NCBI RefSeq assembly: GCF_009914755.1
Contig: NC_060943.1
Origin: the human T2T-CHM13v2.0 reference genome, Homo sapiens
Direction: 5' to 3' (one strand)
Length of the DNA stretch: 64,000 nt
The stretch's first letter is position 1. The number at the start of each line of letters is the position of its first letter. The notes below the pieces were generated by a model. It had not been told where the DNA came from. It made no database searches and was given only the letters and a program-made list of their open reading frames with translations. Positions 1-13,978 of this stretch are shown here, piece by piece. The translations under genes were made by a program, and so were the position numbers.

Positions 1-17
1 CAATGGTAGAATAGGAA
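1..17 (+). promoter_or_regulatory. A-box (pJalpha-type) position of the alternate monomer, degenerate (first copy; recurs every ~340 bp)
   Basis: CAATGGTAGAATAGGAA sits at the position homologous to the CENP-B box in the other monomer and resembles the pJalpha motif CTAYGGTGRAAAAGGAA. Confidence 0.6.
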
Positions 18-43
18 ATATCTTCCTATAGAAACTAGACAGA

Positions 44-383
44 ATGATTCTCAGAAACTCCTTTGTGATGTGTGCGTTCAACTCACAGAGTTCAACCTTT
101 CTTTTCATAGAGCAGTTGGGAAACACTCTGTTTGTAAAGTCTGCAAGTGGATATTCAGACTTCTTTGAGGCCTTCGTTGGAAGCGGGATTTCTTCATGTT
201 CTGCTAGACAGAAGAATTCTCAGAAACTTCCTTGTGTTGTGTGTTTTCAACTCACAGAGTTGAACGATCCTTTACACAGAGCAGACTTGAAACACTCCTT
301 TTGTGGAATTTGCAAGTGGAGATTTCAGCCGCTTTGAGGTCAATGGTAGAATAGGAAATATCTTCCTATAGAAACTAGACAGA
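44..383 (+). repeat. Representative 340-bp dimer unit
   Basis: Runs from ATGATTCTC at 44 to the next ATGATTCTC at 384; CENP-B box at 172-188, EcoRI site at 214-219. Confidence 0.95.
172..188 (+). promoter_or_regulatory. CENP-B box (first copy); recurs every ~340 bp, about 188 positions, about 170 with an intact core
   Basis: CTTCGTTGGAAGCGGGA matches YTTCGTTGGAARCGGGA and the core NTTCGNNNNANNCGGGN. Other copies read (C/T/A)TTCGTTGGAA(A/G)CGGGA. Confidence 0.95.
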
Positions 384-3300
384 ATGATTCTCATAACTCC
401 TTTGTGATGTGTGCGTTCAACTCACAGAGTTCAACCTTTCTTTTCATAGAGCAGTTGGGAAACACTCTGTTTGTAAAGTCTGCAAGTGGATATTCAGTCT
501 TCTTTGAGGCCTTCGTTGGAAGCGGGATTTCTTCATATTCTGCTAGACAGAAGAATTCTCAGTAACTGCCTTGTGTTGTGTGTATTCAACTCACAGAGTT
601 GAACGATCCTTTACACAGAGCAGACTTGAAACACTCTTTTTGTGGAATTTGCAAGTGGAGATTTCAGCCGCTTTGAAGTCAATGGTAGAATAGGAAATAT
701 CTTCCTATAGAAACTAGACAGAATGATTCTCAGAAACTCCTTTGTGATGTGTGCGTTCAACTCACAGAGTTTAACCTTTCTTTTCATAGAGCAGTTAGGA
801 AACACTCTGTTTGTAAAGTCTGCAAGTGGATATTCAGACATCCTTGAGGCTTTCGTTGGAAACGGGATTTCTTCATATTCTGCTAGAAAGAAGAATTCTC
901 AGTAACTTCCTTGTGTTGTGTGTATTCAACTCACAGAGTTGAACGATCCTTTACACAGAGCAGACTTGAAACACTCTTTTTGTGGAATTTGCAAGTGGAG
1001 ATTTCAGCCGCTTTGAGGTCAATGGTAGAATAGGAAATATCTTCCTATAGAAATTAGACAGAATGATTCTCAGAAACTCCTTTGTGATGTGTGCGTTCAA
1101 CTCACACAGTTTAACCTTTCTTTTCATAGAGCAGTTGGGAAACACTCTGTTTGTAAAGTCTGCAAGTGGATATTCAGACATCCTTGAGGCTTTCGTTGGA
1201 AACGGGATTTCTTCATATTCTGCTAGAAAGAAGAATTCTCAGTAACTTCCTTGTGTTGTGTGTATTCAACTCACAGAGTTGAACGATCCTTTACACAGAG
1301 CAGACTTGAAACACTCTTTTTGTGGAATTTGCAAGTGGAGATTTCAGCCGCTTTGAGGTCAATGGTAGAATAGGAAATATCTTCCTATAGAAACTAGACA
1401 GAATGATTCTCAGAAACTCCTTTGTGATGTGTGCGTTCAACTCACACAGTTTAACCTTTCTTTTCATAGAGCAGTTAGGAAACACTCTGTTTGTAAAGTC
1501 TGCAAGTGGATATTCAGACCTCCTTGAGGCCTTCGTTGGAAACGGGATTTCTTCATATTATGCTAGACAGAAGAATTCTCAGGAACTTCCTTGTGTTGTG
1601 TGTATTCAACTCACAGAGTTGAACGATCCTTTACACAGAGCAGACTTGAAACACTCTTTTTGTGGAATTTGCAAGTGGAGATTTCAGCCACTTTGAGTTC
1701 AATGGTAGAATAGGAAATATCTTCCTATAGAAAGTACACAGAATGATTCTTAGAAACTGCTTTGTGATGTGTGCGTTCAACTCACAGAGTTCAACCTTTC
1801 TTTTCATAGAGCAGTTGGGAAACACTCTGTTTGTAAAGTCTGCAAGTGGATATTCAGACTTCTTTGAGGCCTTCGTTGGAAGCGGGATTTCTTCATATTC
1901 TGCTAGACAGAAGAATTCTCAGTAACTTCCTTGTGTTGTGTGTATTCAACTTACAGAGTTGAACGATCCTTTACACAGAGCAGACTTGAAACACTCTTTT
2001 TGTGGAATTTGCAAGTGGAGATTTCAGCCGCTTTGAGGTCAATGGTAGAATAGGAAATATCTTCCTATAGAAACTAGACAGAATGATTCTCAGAAACTCC
2101 TTTGTGATGTGTGCGTTCAACTCACAGAGTTCAACCTTTCTTTTCATAGAGCAGTTGGGAAACACTCTGTTTGTAAAGTCTGCAAGTGGATATTCAGACT
2201 TCTTTGAGGCCTTCGTTGGAAGCGGGATTTCTTCATGTTCTGCTAGACAGAAGAATTCTCAGAAACTTCCTTGTGTTGTGTGTTTTCAACTCACAGAGTT
2301 GAACGATCCTTTACACAGAGCAGACTTGAAACACTCCTTTTGTGGAATTTGCAAGTGGAGATTTCAGCCGCTTTGAGGTCAATGGTAGAATAGGAAATAT
2401 CTTCCTATAGAAAGTAGACAGAATGATTCTCAGAAACTCCTTTGTGATGTGTGCGTTCAACTCACAGAGTTTAACCTTTCTTTTCATAGAGCAGTTAGGA
2501 AACACTCTGTTTGTAAAGTCTGCAAATGGATATTCAGACCTCCTTGAGGCCTTCGTTGGAAACAGGATTTCTTCATATTCTGCTAGACAGAAGAATTCTC
2601 AGTAACTTCCTTGTGTTGTGTGTATTCAACTCACAGAGTTGAACGATCCTTTACACAGAGCAGACTTGAAACACTCTTTTTGTGGAATTTGCAATTGGAG
2701 ATTTCAGCCGCTTTGAGTTCAATGGTAGAATAGGAAATATCTTCCTATAGAAACTAGACAGAATGATTCTCATAACTCCTTTGTGATGTGTGCGTTCAAC
2801 TCACAGAGTTCAACCTTTCTTTTCATAGAGCAGTTGGGAAACACTCTGTTTGTAAAGTCTGCAAGTGGATATTCAGACTTCTTTGAGGCCTTCGTTGGAA
2901 GCGGGATTTCTTCATATTCTGCTAGACAGAAGAATTCTCAGTAACTGCCTTGTGTTGTGTGTATTCAACTCACAGAGTTGAACGATCCTTTACACAGAGC
3001 AGACTTGAAACACTCTTTTTGTGGAATTTGCAAGTGGAGATTTCAGCCGCTGTGAGGTCAATGGTAGAATAGGAAATATCTTCCTATAGAAACTAGACAG
3101 AATGATTCTCAGAAACTCCTTTGTGATGTGTGCGTTCAACTCACAGAGTTCAACATTTCTTTTCATAGAGCAGTTGGGAAACACTCTGTTTGTAAAGTCT
3201 GCAAGTGGATATTCAGACTTCTTTGAGGCCTTCGTTGGAAGCGGGATTTCTTCATATTCTGCTAGACAGAAGAATTCTCAGTAACTTCCTTGTGTTGTGT

Positions 3301-6300
3301 GTATTCAACTCACAGAGTTGAACGATCCTTTACACAGAGCAGACTTGAAACACTCTTTTTGTGGAATTTGCAAGTGGAGATTTCAGCCGCTTTGAGGTCA
3401 ATGGTAGAATAGGAAATATCTTCCTATAGAAACTAGACAGAATGATTCTCAGAAACTCCTTTGTGATGTGTGCGTTCAACTCACACAGTTTAACCTTTCT
3501 TTTCATAGAGCAGTTAGGAAATACTCTGTTTGTAAAGTCTGCAAGTGGATATTCAGACATCCTTGAGGCTTTCGTTGGAAACGGGATTTCTTCATATTCT
3601 GCTAGAAAGAAGAATTCTCAGTAACTTCCTTGTGTTGTGTGTATTCAACTCACAGAGTTGAACGATCCTTTACACAGAGCAGACTTGAAACACTCTTTTT
3701 GTGGAATTTGCAAGTGGAGATTTCAGCCGCTTTGAGGTCAATGGTAGAATAGGAAATATCTTCCTATAGAAACTAGACAGAATGATTCTCAGAAACTCCT
3801 TTGTGATGTGTGCGTTCAACTCACAGAGTTTAACCTTTCTTTTCATAGAGCAGTTGGGAAACACTCTGTTTGTAAAGTCTGCAAGTGGATATTCAGACAT
3901 CCTTGAGGCTTTCGTTGGAAAAGGGATTTCTTCATATTCTGCTAGAAAGAAGAATTCTCAGTAACTTCCTTGTGTTGTGTGTTTTCAACTCACAGAGTTG
4001 AACGATCCTTTACACAGAGCAGACTTGAAACACTCCTTTTGTGGAATTTGCAAGTGGAGATTTCAGCCGCTTTGTGGTCAATGGTAGAATAGGAAATATC
4101 TTCCTATAGAAACTAGACAGAATGATTCTCAGAAACTCCTTTGTGATGTGTGCGTTCAACTCACAGAGTTCAACCTTTCTTTTCATAGAGCAGTTGGGAA
4201 ACACTCTGTTTGTAAAGTCTGCAAGTGGATATTCAGACTTCTTTGAGGCCTTCGTTGGAAGCGGGATTTCTTCATGTTCTGCTAGACAGAAGAATTCTCA
4301 GAAACTTCCTTGTGTTGTGTGTTTTCAACTCACAGAGTTGAACGATCCTTTACACAGAGTAGACTTGAAACACTCCTTTTGTGGAATTTGCAAGTGGAGA
4401 TTTCAGCCGCTTTGAGGTCAATGGTAGAATAGGAAATATCTTCCTATAGAAAGTAGACAGAATGATTCTCAGAAACTCCTTTGTGATGTGTGCGTTCAAC
4501 TCACAGAGTTTAACCTTTCTTTTCATAGAGCAGTTAGGAAACACTCTGTTTGTAAAGTCTGCAAGTGGATATTCAGACCTCCTTGAGGCCTTCGTTGGAA
4601 ACGGGATTTCTTCATATTATGCTAGACAGAGGAATTCTCAGTAACTTCCTTGTGTTGTGTGTATTCAACTCACAGAGTTGAACGATCCTTTACACAGAGC
4701 AGACTTGAAACACTCTTTTTGTGGAATTTGCAAGTGGAGATTTCAGCCGCTTTGAGTTCAATGGTAGAATAGGAAATATCTTCCTATAGAAACTAGACAG
4801 AATGATTCTCAGAAACTCCTTTGTGATGTGTGCGTTCAACTCACAGAGTTCAACCTTTCTTTTCATAGAGCAGTTGGGAAACACTCTGTTTGTAAAGTCT
4901 GCAAGTGGATATTCAGACTTCTTTGAGGCCTTCGTTGGAAGCGGGATTTCTTCATATTCTGCTAGACAGAAGAATTCTCAGTAACTGCCTTGTGTTGTGT
5001 GTATTCAACTCACAGAGTTGAACGATCCTTTACACAGAGCAGACTTGAAACACTCTTTTTGTGGAATTTGCAAGTGGAGATTTCAGCCGCTTTGAGGTCA
5101 ATGGTAGAATAGGAAATATCTTCCTATAGAAACTAGACAGAATGATTCTCAGAAACTCCTTTGTGATGTGTGCGTTCAACTCACAGAGTTTAACCTTTCT
5201 TTTCATAGAGCAGTTAGGAAACACTCTGTTTGTAAAGTCTGCAGGTGGATATTCAGACCTCCTTGAGGCCTTCGTTGGAAACGGGATTTCTTCATATTAT
5301 GCTAGACAGAAGAATTCTCAGTAACTTCCTTGTGTTGTGTGTATTCAACTCACAGAGTTGAACGATCCTTTACACAGAGCAGACTTGAAACACTCTTTTT
5401 GTGGAATTTGCAAGTGGAGATTTCAGCCGCTTTGAGGTCAATGGTAGAATAGGAAATATCTTCCTATAGAAACTAGACAGAATGATTCTCAGAAACTCCT
5501 TTGTGATGTGTGCGTTCAACTCACAGAGTTTAACCTTTCTTTTCATAGAGCAGTTAGGAAACACTCTGTTTGTAAAGTCTGCAAGTGGATATTCAGACAT
5601 CCTTGAGGCTTTCGTTGGAAACGGGATTTCTTCATATTCTGCCAGAAAGAAGAATTCTCAGTAACTTCCTTGTGTTGTGTGTATTCAACTCACAGAGTTG
5701 AACGATCCTTTACACAGAGCAGACTTGAAACACTCTTTTTGTGGAATTTGCAAGTGGAGATTTCAGCCGCTTTGAGGTCAATGGTAGAATAGGAAATATC
5801 TTCCTATAGAAACTAGACAGAATGATTCTCATAACTCCTTTGTGATGTGTGCGTTCAACTCACAGAGTTTAACCTTTCTTTTCATAGAGCAGTTAGGAAA
5901 CACTCTGTTTGTAAAGTCTGCAAGTGGATATTCAGACATCCTTGAGGCTTTCGTTGGAAACGGGATTTCTTCATATTCTGCTAGACAGAAGAATTCTCAG
6001 TAACTTCCTTGTGTTGTGTGTATTCAACTCACAGAGTTGAACGATCCTTTACACAGAGCAGACTTGAAACACTCTTTTTGTGGAATTTGCAAGTGGAGAT
6101 TTCAGCCGCTTTGAGGTCAATGGTAGAATAGGAAATATCTTCCTATAGAAACTAGACAGAATGATTCTCAGAAACTCCTTTGTGATGTGTGCGTTCAACT
6201 CACAGAGTTTAACCTTTCTTTTCATAGAGCAGTTGGGAAACACTCTGTTTGTAAAGTCTGCAAGTGGATATTCAGACATCCTTGAGGCTTTCGTTGGAAA

Positions 6301-9300
6301 CGGGATTTCTTCATATTCTGCTAGAAAGAAGAATTCTCAGTAACTTCCTTGTGTTGTGTGTATTCAACTCACAGAGTTGAACGATCCTTTACACAGAGCA
6401 GACTTGAAACACTCTTTTTGTGGAATTTGCAAGTGGAGATTTCAGCCGCTTTGAGGTCAATGGTAGAATAGGAAATATCTTCCTATAGAAACTAGACAGA
6501 ATGATTCTCAGAAACTCCTTTGTGATGTGTGCGTTCAACTCACACAGTTTAACCTTTCTTTTCATAGAGCAGTTAGGAAACACTCTGTTTGTAAAGTCTG
6601 CAAGTGGATATTCAGACCTCCTTGAGGCCTTCGTTGGAAACGGGATTTCTTCATATTATGCTAGACAGAAGAATTCTCAGGAACTTCCTTGTGTTGTGTG
6701 TATTCAACTCACAGAGTTGAACGATCCTTTACACAGAGCAGACTTGAAACACTCTTTTTGTGGAATTTGCAAGTGGAGATTTCAGCCGCTTTGTGTTCAA
6801 TGGTAGAATAGGAAATATCTTCCTATAGAAAGTACACAGAATGATTCTCAGAAACTGCTTTGTGATGTGTGCGTTCAACTCACAGAGTTCAACCTTTCTT
6901 TTCATAGAGCAGTTGGGAAACACTCTGTTTGTAAAGTCTGCAAGTGGATATTCAGACTTCTTTGAGGCCTTCGTTGGAAGCGGGATTTCTTCATATTCTG
7001 CTAGACAGAAGAATTCTCAGTAACTTCCTTGTGTTGTGTGTATTCAACTCACAGAGTTGAACGATCCTTTACACAGAGCAGACTTGAAACACTCTTTTTG
7101 TGGAATTTGCAAGTGGAGATTTCAGCCGCTTTGAGTTCAATGGTAGAATAGGAAATATCTTCCTATAGAAACTAGACAGAATGATTCTCAGAAACTCCTT
7201 TGTGATGTGTGCGTTCAACTCACAGAGTTCAACCTTTCTTTTCATAGAGCAGTTGGGAAACACTCTGTTTGTAAAGTCTGCAAGTGGATATTCAGACTTC
7301 TTTGAGGCCTTCGTTGGAAGCGGGATTTCTTCATGTTCTGCTAGACAGAAGAATTCTCAGAAACTTCCTTGTGTTGTGTGTTTTCAACTCACAGAGTTGA
7401 ACGATCCTTTACACAGAGCAGACTTGAAACACTCCTTTTGTGGAATTTGCAAGTGGAGATTTCAGCCGCTTTGAGGTCAATGGTAGAATAGGAAATATCT
7501 TCCTATAGAAACTAGACAGAATGATTCTCAGAAACTCCTTTGTGATGTGTGCGTTCAACTCACAGAGTTTAACCTTTCTTTTCATAGAGCAGTTAGGAAA
7601 CACTCTGTTTGTAAAGTCTGCAAGTGGATATTCAGACCTCCTTGAGGCCTTCGTTGGAAACAGGATTTCTTCATATTCTGCTAGACAGAAGAATTCTCAG
7701 TAACTTCCTTGTGTTGTGTGTATTCAACTCACAGAGTTGAATGATCCTTTACACAGAACAGTCTTGAAACACTCTTTTTGTGGAATTTGCAAGTGGAGAT
7801 TTCAGCCGCTTTGAGGTCAATGGTAGAATAGGAAATATCTTCCTATAGAAACTAGACAGAATGATTCTCAGAAACTCCTTTGTGATGTGTGCGTTCAACT
7901 CACAGAGTTCAACCTTTCTTTTCATAGAGCAGTTAGGAAACACTCTGTTTGTAAAGTCTGCAAGTGGATATTCAGACTTCTTTGAGGCCTTCGTTGGAAG
8001 CGGGATTTCTTCATATTCTGCTAGACAGAAGAATTCTCAGTAACTGCCTTGTGTTGTGTGTATTCAACTCACAGAGTTGAACGATCCTTTACACAGAGCA
8101 GACTTGAAACACTCTTTTTGTGGAATTTGCAAGTGGAGATTTCAGCCGCTGTGAGGTCAATGGTAGAATAGGAAATATCTTCCTATAGAAACTAGACAGA
8201 ATGATTCTCAGAAACTCCTTTGTGATGTGTGCGTTCAACTCACAGAGTTCAACCTTTCTTTTCATAGAGCAGTTGGGAAACACTCTGTTTGTAAAGTCTG
8301 CAAGTGGATATTCAGACTTCTTTGAGGCCTTCGTTGGAAGCGGGATTTCTTCATATTCTGCTAGACAGAAGAATTCTCAGTAACTGCCTTGTGTTGTGTG
8401 TATTCAACTCACAGAGTTGAACGATCCTTTACACAGAGCAGACTTGAAACACTCTTTTTGTGGAATTTGCAAGTGGAGATTTCAGCCGCTTTGAGGTCAA
8501 TGGTAGAATAGGAAATATCTTCCTATAGAAACTAGACAGAATGATTCTCAGAAACTCCTTTGTGATGTGTGCGTTCAACTCACACAGTTTAACCTTTCTT
8601 TTCATAGAGCAGTTAGGAAACACTCTGTTTGTAAAGTCTGCAAGTGGATATTCAGACCTCCTTGAGGCCTTCGTTGGAAACGGGATTTCTTCATATTATG
8701 CTAGACAGAAGAATTCTCAGGAACTTCCTTGTGTTGTGTGTATTCAACTCACAGAGTTGAACGATCCTTTACACAGAGCAGACTTGAAACACTCTTTTTG
8801 TGGAATTTGCAAGTGGAGATTTCAGCCGCTTTGAGTTCAATGGTAGAATAGGAAATATCTTCCTATAGAAAGTACACAGAATGATTCTCAGAAACTGCTT
8901 TGTGATGTGTGCGTTCAACTCACAGAGTTCAACCTTTCTTTTCATAGAGCAGTTGGGAAACACTCTGTTTGTAAAGTCTGCAAGTGGATATTCAGACTTC
9001 TTTGAGGCCTTCGTTGGAAGCGGGATTTCTTCATATTCTGCTAGACAGAAGAATTCTCAGTAACTTCCTTGTGTTGTGTGTATTCAACTCACAGAGTTGA
9101 ACGATCCTTTACACAGAGCAGACTTGAAACACTCTTTTTGTGGAATTTGCAAGTGGAGATTTCAGCCGCTTTGAGTTCAATGGTAGAATAGGAAATATCT
9201 TCCTATAGAAACTAGACAGAATGATTCTCAGAAACTCCTTTGTGATGTGTGCGTTCAACTCACAGAGTTCAACCTTTCTTTTCATAGAGCAGTTGGGAAA

Positions 9301-12300
9301 CACTCTGTTTGTAAAGTCTGCAAGTGGATATTCAGACTTCTTTGTGGCCTTCGTTGGAAGCGGGATTTCTTCATATTCTGCTAGACAGAAGAATTCTCAG
9401 TAACTGCCTTGTGTTGTGTGTATTCAACTCACAGAGTTGAACGATCCTTTACACAGAGCAGACTTGAAACACTCTTTTTGTGGAATTTGCAAGTGGAGAT
9501 TTCAGCCGCTTTGAGGTCAATGGTAGAATAGGAAATATCTTCCTATAGAAACTAGACAGAATGATTCTCAGAAACTCCTTTGTGATGTGTGCGTTCAACT
9601 CACAGAGTTTAACCTTTCTTTTCATAGAGCAGTTAGGAAACACTCTGTTTGTAAAGTCTGCAAGTGGATATTCAGACATCCTTGAGGCTTTCGTTGGAAA
9701 CGGGATTTCTTCATATTCTGCTAGAAAGAAGAATTCTCAGTAACTTCCTTGTGTTGTGTGTATTCAACTCACAGAGTTGAACGATCCTTTACACAGAGCA
9801 GACTTGAAACACTCTTTTTGTGGAACTTGCAAGTGGAGATTTCAGCCGCTTTGAGGTCAATGGTAGAATAGGAAATATCTTCCTATAGAAACTAGACAGA
9901 ATGATTCTCAGAAACTCCTTTGTGATGTGTGCGTTCAACTCACAGAGTTTAACCTTTCTTTTCATAGAGCAGTTGGGAAACACTCTGTTTGTAAAGTCTG
10001 CAAGTGGATATTCAGACATCCTTGAGGCTTTCGTTGGAAAAGGGATTTCTTCATATTCTGCTAGAAAGAAGAATTCTCAGTAACTTCCTTGTGTTGTGTG
10101 TTTTCAACTCACAGAGTTGAACGATCCTTTACACAGAGCAGACTTGAAACACTCCTTTTGTGGAATTTGCAAGTGGAGATTTCAGCCGCTTTGAGGTCAA
10201 TGGTAGAATAGGAAATATCTTCCTATAGAAACTAGACAGAATGATTCTCAGAAACTCCTTTGTGATGTGTGCGTTCAACTCACAGAGTTCAACCTTTCTT
10301 TTCATAGAGCAGTTGGGAAACACTCTGTTTGTAAAGTCTGCAAGTGGATATTCAGACTTCTTTGAGGCCTTCGTTGGAAGCGGGATTTCTTCATGTTCTG
10401 CTAGACAGAAGAATTCTCAGAAACTTCCTTGTGTTGTGTGTTTTCAACTCACAGAGTTGAACGATCCTTTACACAGAGCAGACTTGAAACACTCCTTTTG
10501 TGGAATTTGCAAGTGGAGATTTCAGCCGCTTTGAGGTCAATGGTAGAATAGGAAATATCTTCCTATAGAAACTAGACAGAATGATTCTCATAACTCCTTT
10601 GTGATGTGTGCGTTCAACTCACAGAGTTCAACCTTTCTTTTCATAGAGCAGTTGGGAAACACTCTGTTTGTAAAGTCTGCAAGTGGATATTCAGTCTTCT
10701 TTGAGGCCTTCGTTGGAAGCGGGATTTCTTCATATTCTGCTAGACAGAAGAATTCTCAGTAACTGCCTTGTGTTGTGTGTATTCAACTCACAGAGTTGAA
10801 CGATCCTTTACACAGAGCAGACTTGAAACACTCTTTTTGTGGAATTTGCAAGTGGAGATTTCAGCCGCTTTGAAGTCAATGGTAGAATAGGAAATATCTT
10901 CCTATAGAAACTAGACAGAATGATTCTCAGAAACTCCTTTGTGATGTGTGCGTTCAACTCACAGAGTTTAACCTTTCTTTTCATAGAGCAGTTAGGAAAC
11001 ACTCTGTTTGTAAAGTCTGCAAGTGGATATTCAGACATCCTTGAGGCTTTCGTTGGAAACGGGATTTCTTCATATTCTGCTAGAAAGAAGAATTCTCAGT
11101 AACTTCCTTGTGTTGTGTGTATTCAACTCACAGAGTTGAACGATCCTTTACACAGAGCAGACTTGAAACACTCTTTTTGTGGAATTTGCAAGTGGAGATT
11201 TCAGCCGCTTTGAGGTCAATGGTAGAATAGGAAATATCTTCCTATAGAAACTAGACAGAATGATTCTCAGAAACTCCTTTGTGATGTGTGCGTTCAACTC
11301 ACACAGTTTAACCTTTCTTTTCATAGAGCAGTTGGGAAACACTCTGTTTGTAAAGTCTGCAAGTGGATATTCAGACATCCTTGAGGCTTTCGTTGGAAAC
11401 GGGATTTCTTCATATTCTGCTAGAAAGAAGAATTCTCAGTAACTTCCTTGTGTTGTGTGTATTCAACTCACAGAGTTGAACGATCCTTTACACAGAGCAG
11501 ACTTGAAACACTCTTTTTGTGGAATTTGCAAGTGGAGATTTCAGCCGCTTTGAGGTCAATGGTAGAATAGGAAATATCTTCCTATAGAAACTAGACAGAA
11601 TGATTCTCAGAAACTCCTTTGTGATGTGTGCGTTCAACTCACACAGTTTAACCTTTCTTTTCATAGAGCAGTTAGGAAACACTCTGTTTGTAAAGTCTGC
11701 AAGTGGATATTCAGACCTCCTTGAGGCCTTCGTTGGAAACGGGATTTCTTCATATTATGCTAGACAGAAGAATTCTCAGGAACTTCCTTGTGTTGTGTGT
11801 ATTCAACTCACAGAGTTGAACGATCCTTTACACAGAGCAGACTTGAAACACTCTTTTTGTGGAATTTGCAAGTGGAGATTTCAGCCACTTTGAGTTCAAT
11901 GGTAGAATAGGAAATATCTTCCTATAGAAAGTACACAGAATGATTCTTAGAAACTGCTTTGTGATGTGTGCGTTCAACTCACAGAGTTCAACCTTTCTTT
12001 TCATAGAGCAGTTGGGAAACACTCTGTTTGTAAAGTCTGCAAGTGGATATTCAGACTTCTTTGAGGCCTTCGTTGGAAGCGGGATTTCTTCATATTCTGC
12101 TAGACAGAAGAATTCTCAGTAACTTCCTTGTGTTGTGTGTATTCAACTTACAGAGTTGAACGATCCTTTACACAGAGCAGACTTGAAACACTCTTTTTGT
12201 GGAATTTGCAAGTGGAGATTTCAGCCGCTTTGAGGTCAATGGTAGAATAGGAAATATCTTCCTATAGAAACTAGACAGAATGATTCTCAGAAACTCCTTT

Positions 12301-13978
12301 GTGATGTGTGCGTTCAACTCACAGAGTTCAACCTTTCTTTTCATAGAGCAGTTGGGAAACACTCTGTTTGTAAAGTCTGCAAGTGGATATTCAGACTTCT
12401 TTGAGGCCTTCGTTGGAAGCGGGATTTCTTCATGTTCTGCTAGACAGAAGAATTCTCAGAAACTTCCTTGTGTTGTGTGTTTTCAACTCACAGAGTTGAA
12501 CGATCCTTTACACAGAGCAGACTTGAAACACTCCTTTTGTGGAATTTGCAAGTGGAGATTTCAGCCGCTTTGAGGTCAATGGTAGAATAGGAAATATCTT
12601 CCTATAGAAAGTAGACAGAATGATTCTCAGAAACTCCTTTGTGATGTGTGCGTTCAACTCACAGAGTTTAACCTTTCTTTTCATAGAGCAGTTAGGAAAC
12701 ACTCTGTTTGTAAAGTCTGCAAATGGATATTCAGACCTCCTTGAGGCCTTCGTTGGAAACAGGATTTCTTCATATTCTGCTAGACAGAAGAATTCTCAGT
12801 AACTTCCTTGTGTTGTGTGTATTCAACTCACAGAGTTGAACGATCCTTTACACAGAGCAGACTTGAAACACTCTTTTTGTGGAATTTGCAATTGGAGATT
12901 TCAGCCGCTTTGAGTTCAATGGTAGAATAGGAAATATCTTCCTATAGAAACTAGACAGAATGATTCTCATAACTCCTTTGTGATGTGTGCGTTCAACTCA
13001 CAGAGTTCAACCTTTCTTTTCATAGAGCAGTTGGGAAACACTCTGTTTGTAAAGTCTGCAAGTGGATATTCAGACTTCTTTGAGGCCTTCGTTGGAAGCG
13101 GGATTACATCATATTCTGCTAGACAGAAGAATTCTCAGTAACTGCCTTGTGTTGTGTGTATTCAACTCACAGAGTTGAACGATCCTTTACACAGAGCAGA
13201 CTTGAAACACTCTTTTTGTGGAATTTGCAAGTGGAGATTTCAGCCGCTGTGAGGTCAATGGTAGAATAGGAAATATCTTCCTATAGAAACTAGACAGAAT
13301 GATTCTCAGAAACTCCTTTGTGATGTGTGCGTTCAACTCACAGAGTTTAACCTTTCTTTTCATAGAGCAGTTAGGAAACACTCTGTTTGTAAAGTCTGCA
13401 AGTGGATATTCAGACATCCTTGAGGCTTTCGTTGGAAACGGGATTTCTTCATATTCTGCTAGAAAGAAGAATTCTCAGTAACTTCCTTGTGTTGTGTGTA
13501 TTCAACTCACAGAGTTGAACGATCCTTTACACAGAGCAGACTTGAAACACTCTTTTTGTGGAATTTGCAAGTGGAGATTTCAGCCGCTTTGAGGTCAATG
13601 GTAGAATAGGAAATATCTTCCTATAGAAACTAGACAGAATGATTCTCAGAAACTCCTTTGTGATGTGTGCGTTCAACTCACACAGTTTAACCTTTCTTTT
13701 CATAGAGCAGTTGGGAAACACTCTGTTTGTAAAGTCTGCAAGTGGATATTCAGACATCCTTGAGGCTTTCGTTGGAAACGGGATTTCTTCATATTCTGCT
13801 AGAAAGAAGAATTCTCAGTAACTTCCTTGTTTTGTGTGTATTCAACTCACAGAGTTGAACGATCCTTTACACAGAGCAGACTTGAAACACTCTTTTTGTG
13901 GAATTTGCAATTGGAGATTTCAGCCGCTTTGAGTTCAATGGTAGAATAGGAAATATCTTCCTATAGAAAGTACACAGA

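Larger units (their letters stand above)
1..3100 (+). repeat. Block paralogous to ~10198-13297 (offset 10197 bp = 30 dimers minus 3 bp)
   Basis: Rare variants recur at +10197: CTCATAAC indel, TTCAGTCT, TTGAAGTC, CAGCCACT, TTCTTAGA, CAACTTAC, GCAAATGG, GCAATTGG, GCTGTGAG. Confidence 0.85.
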
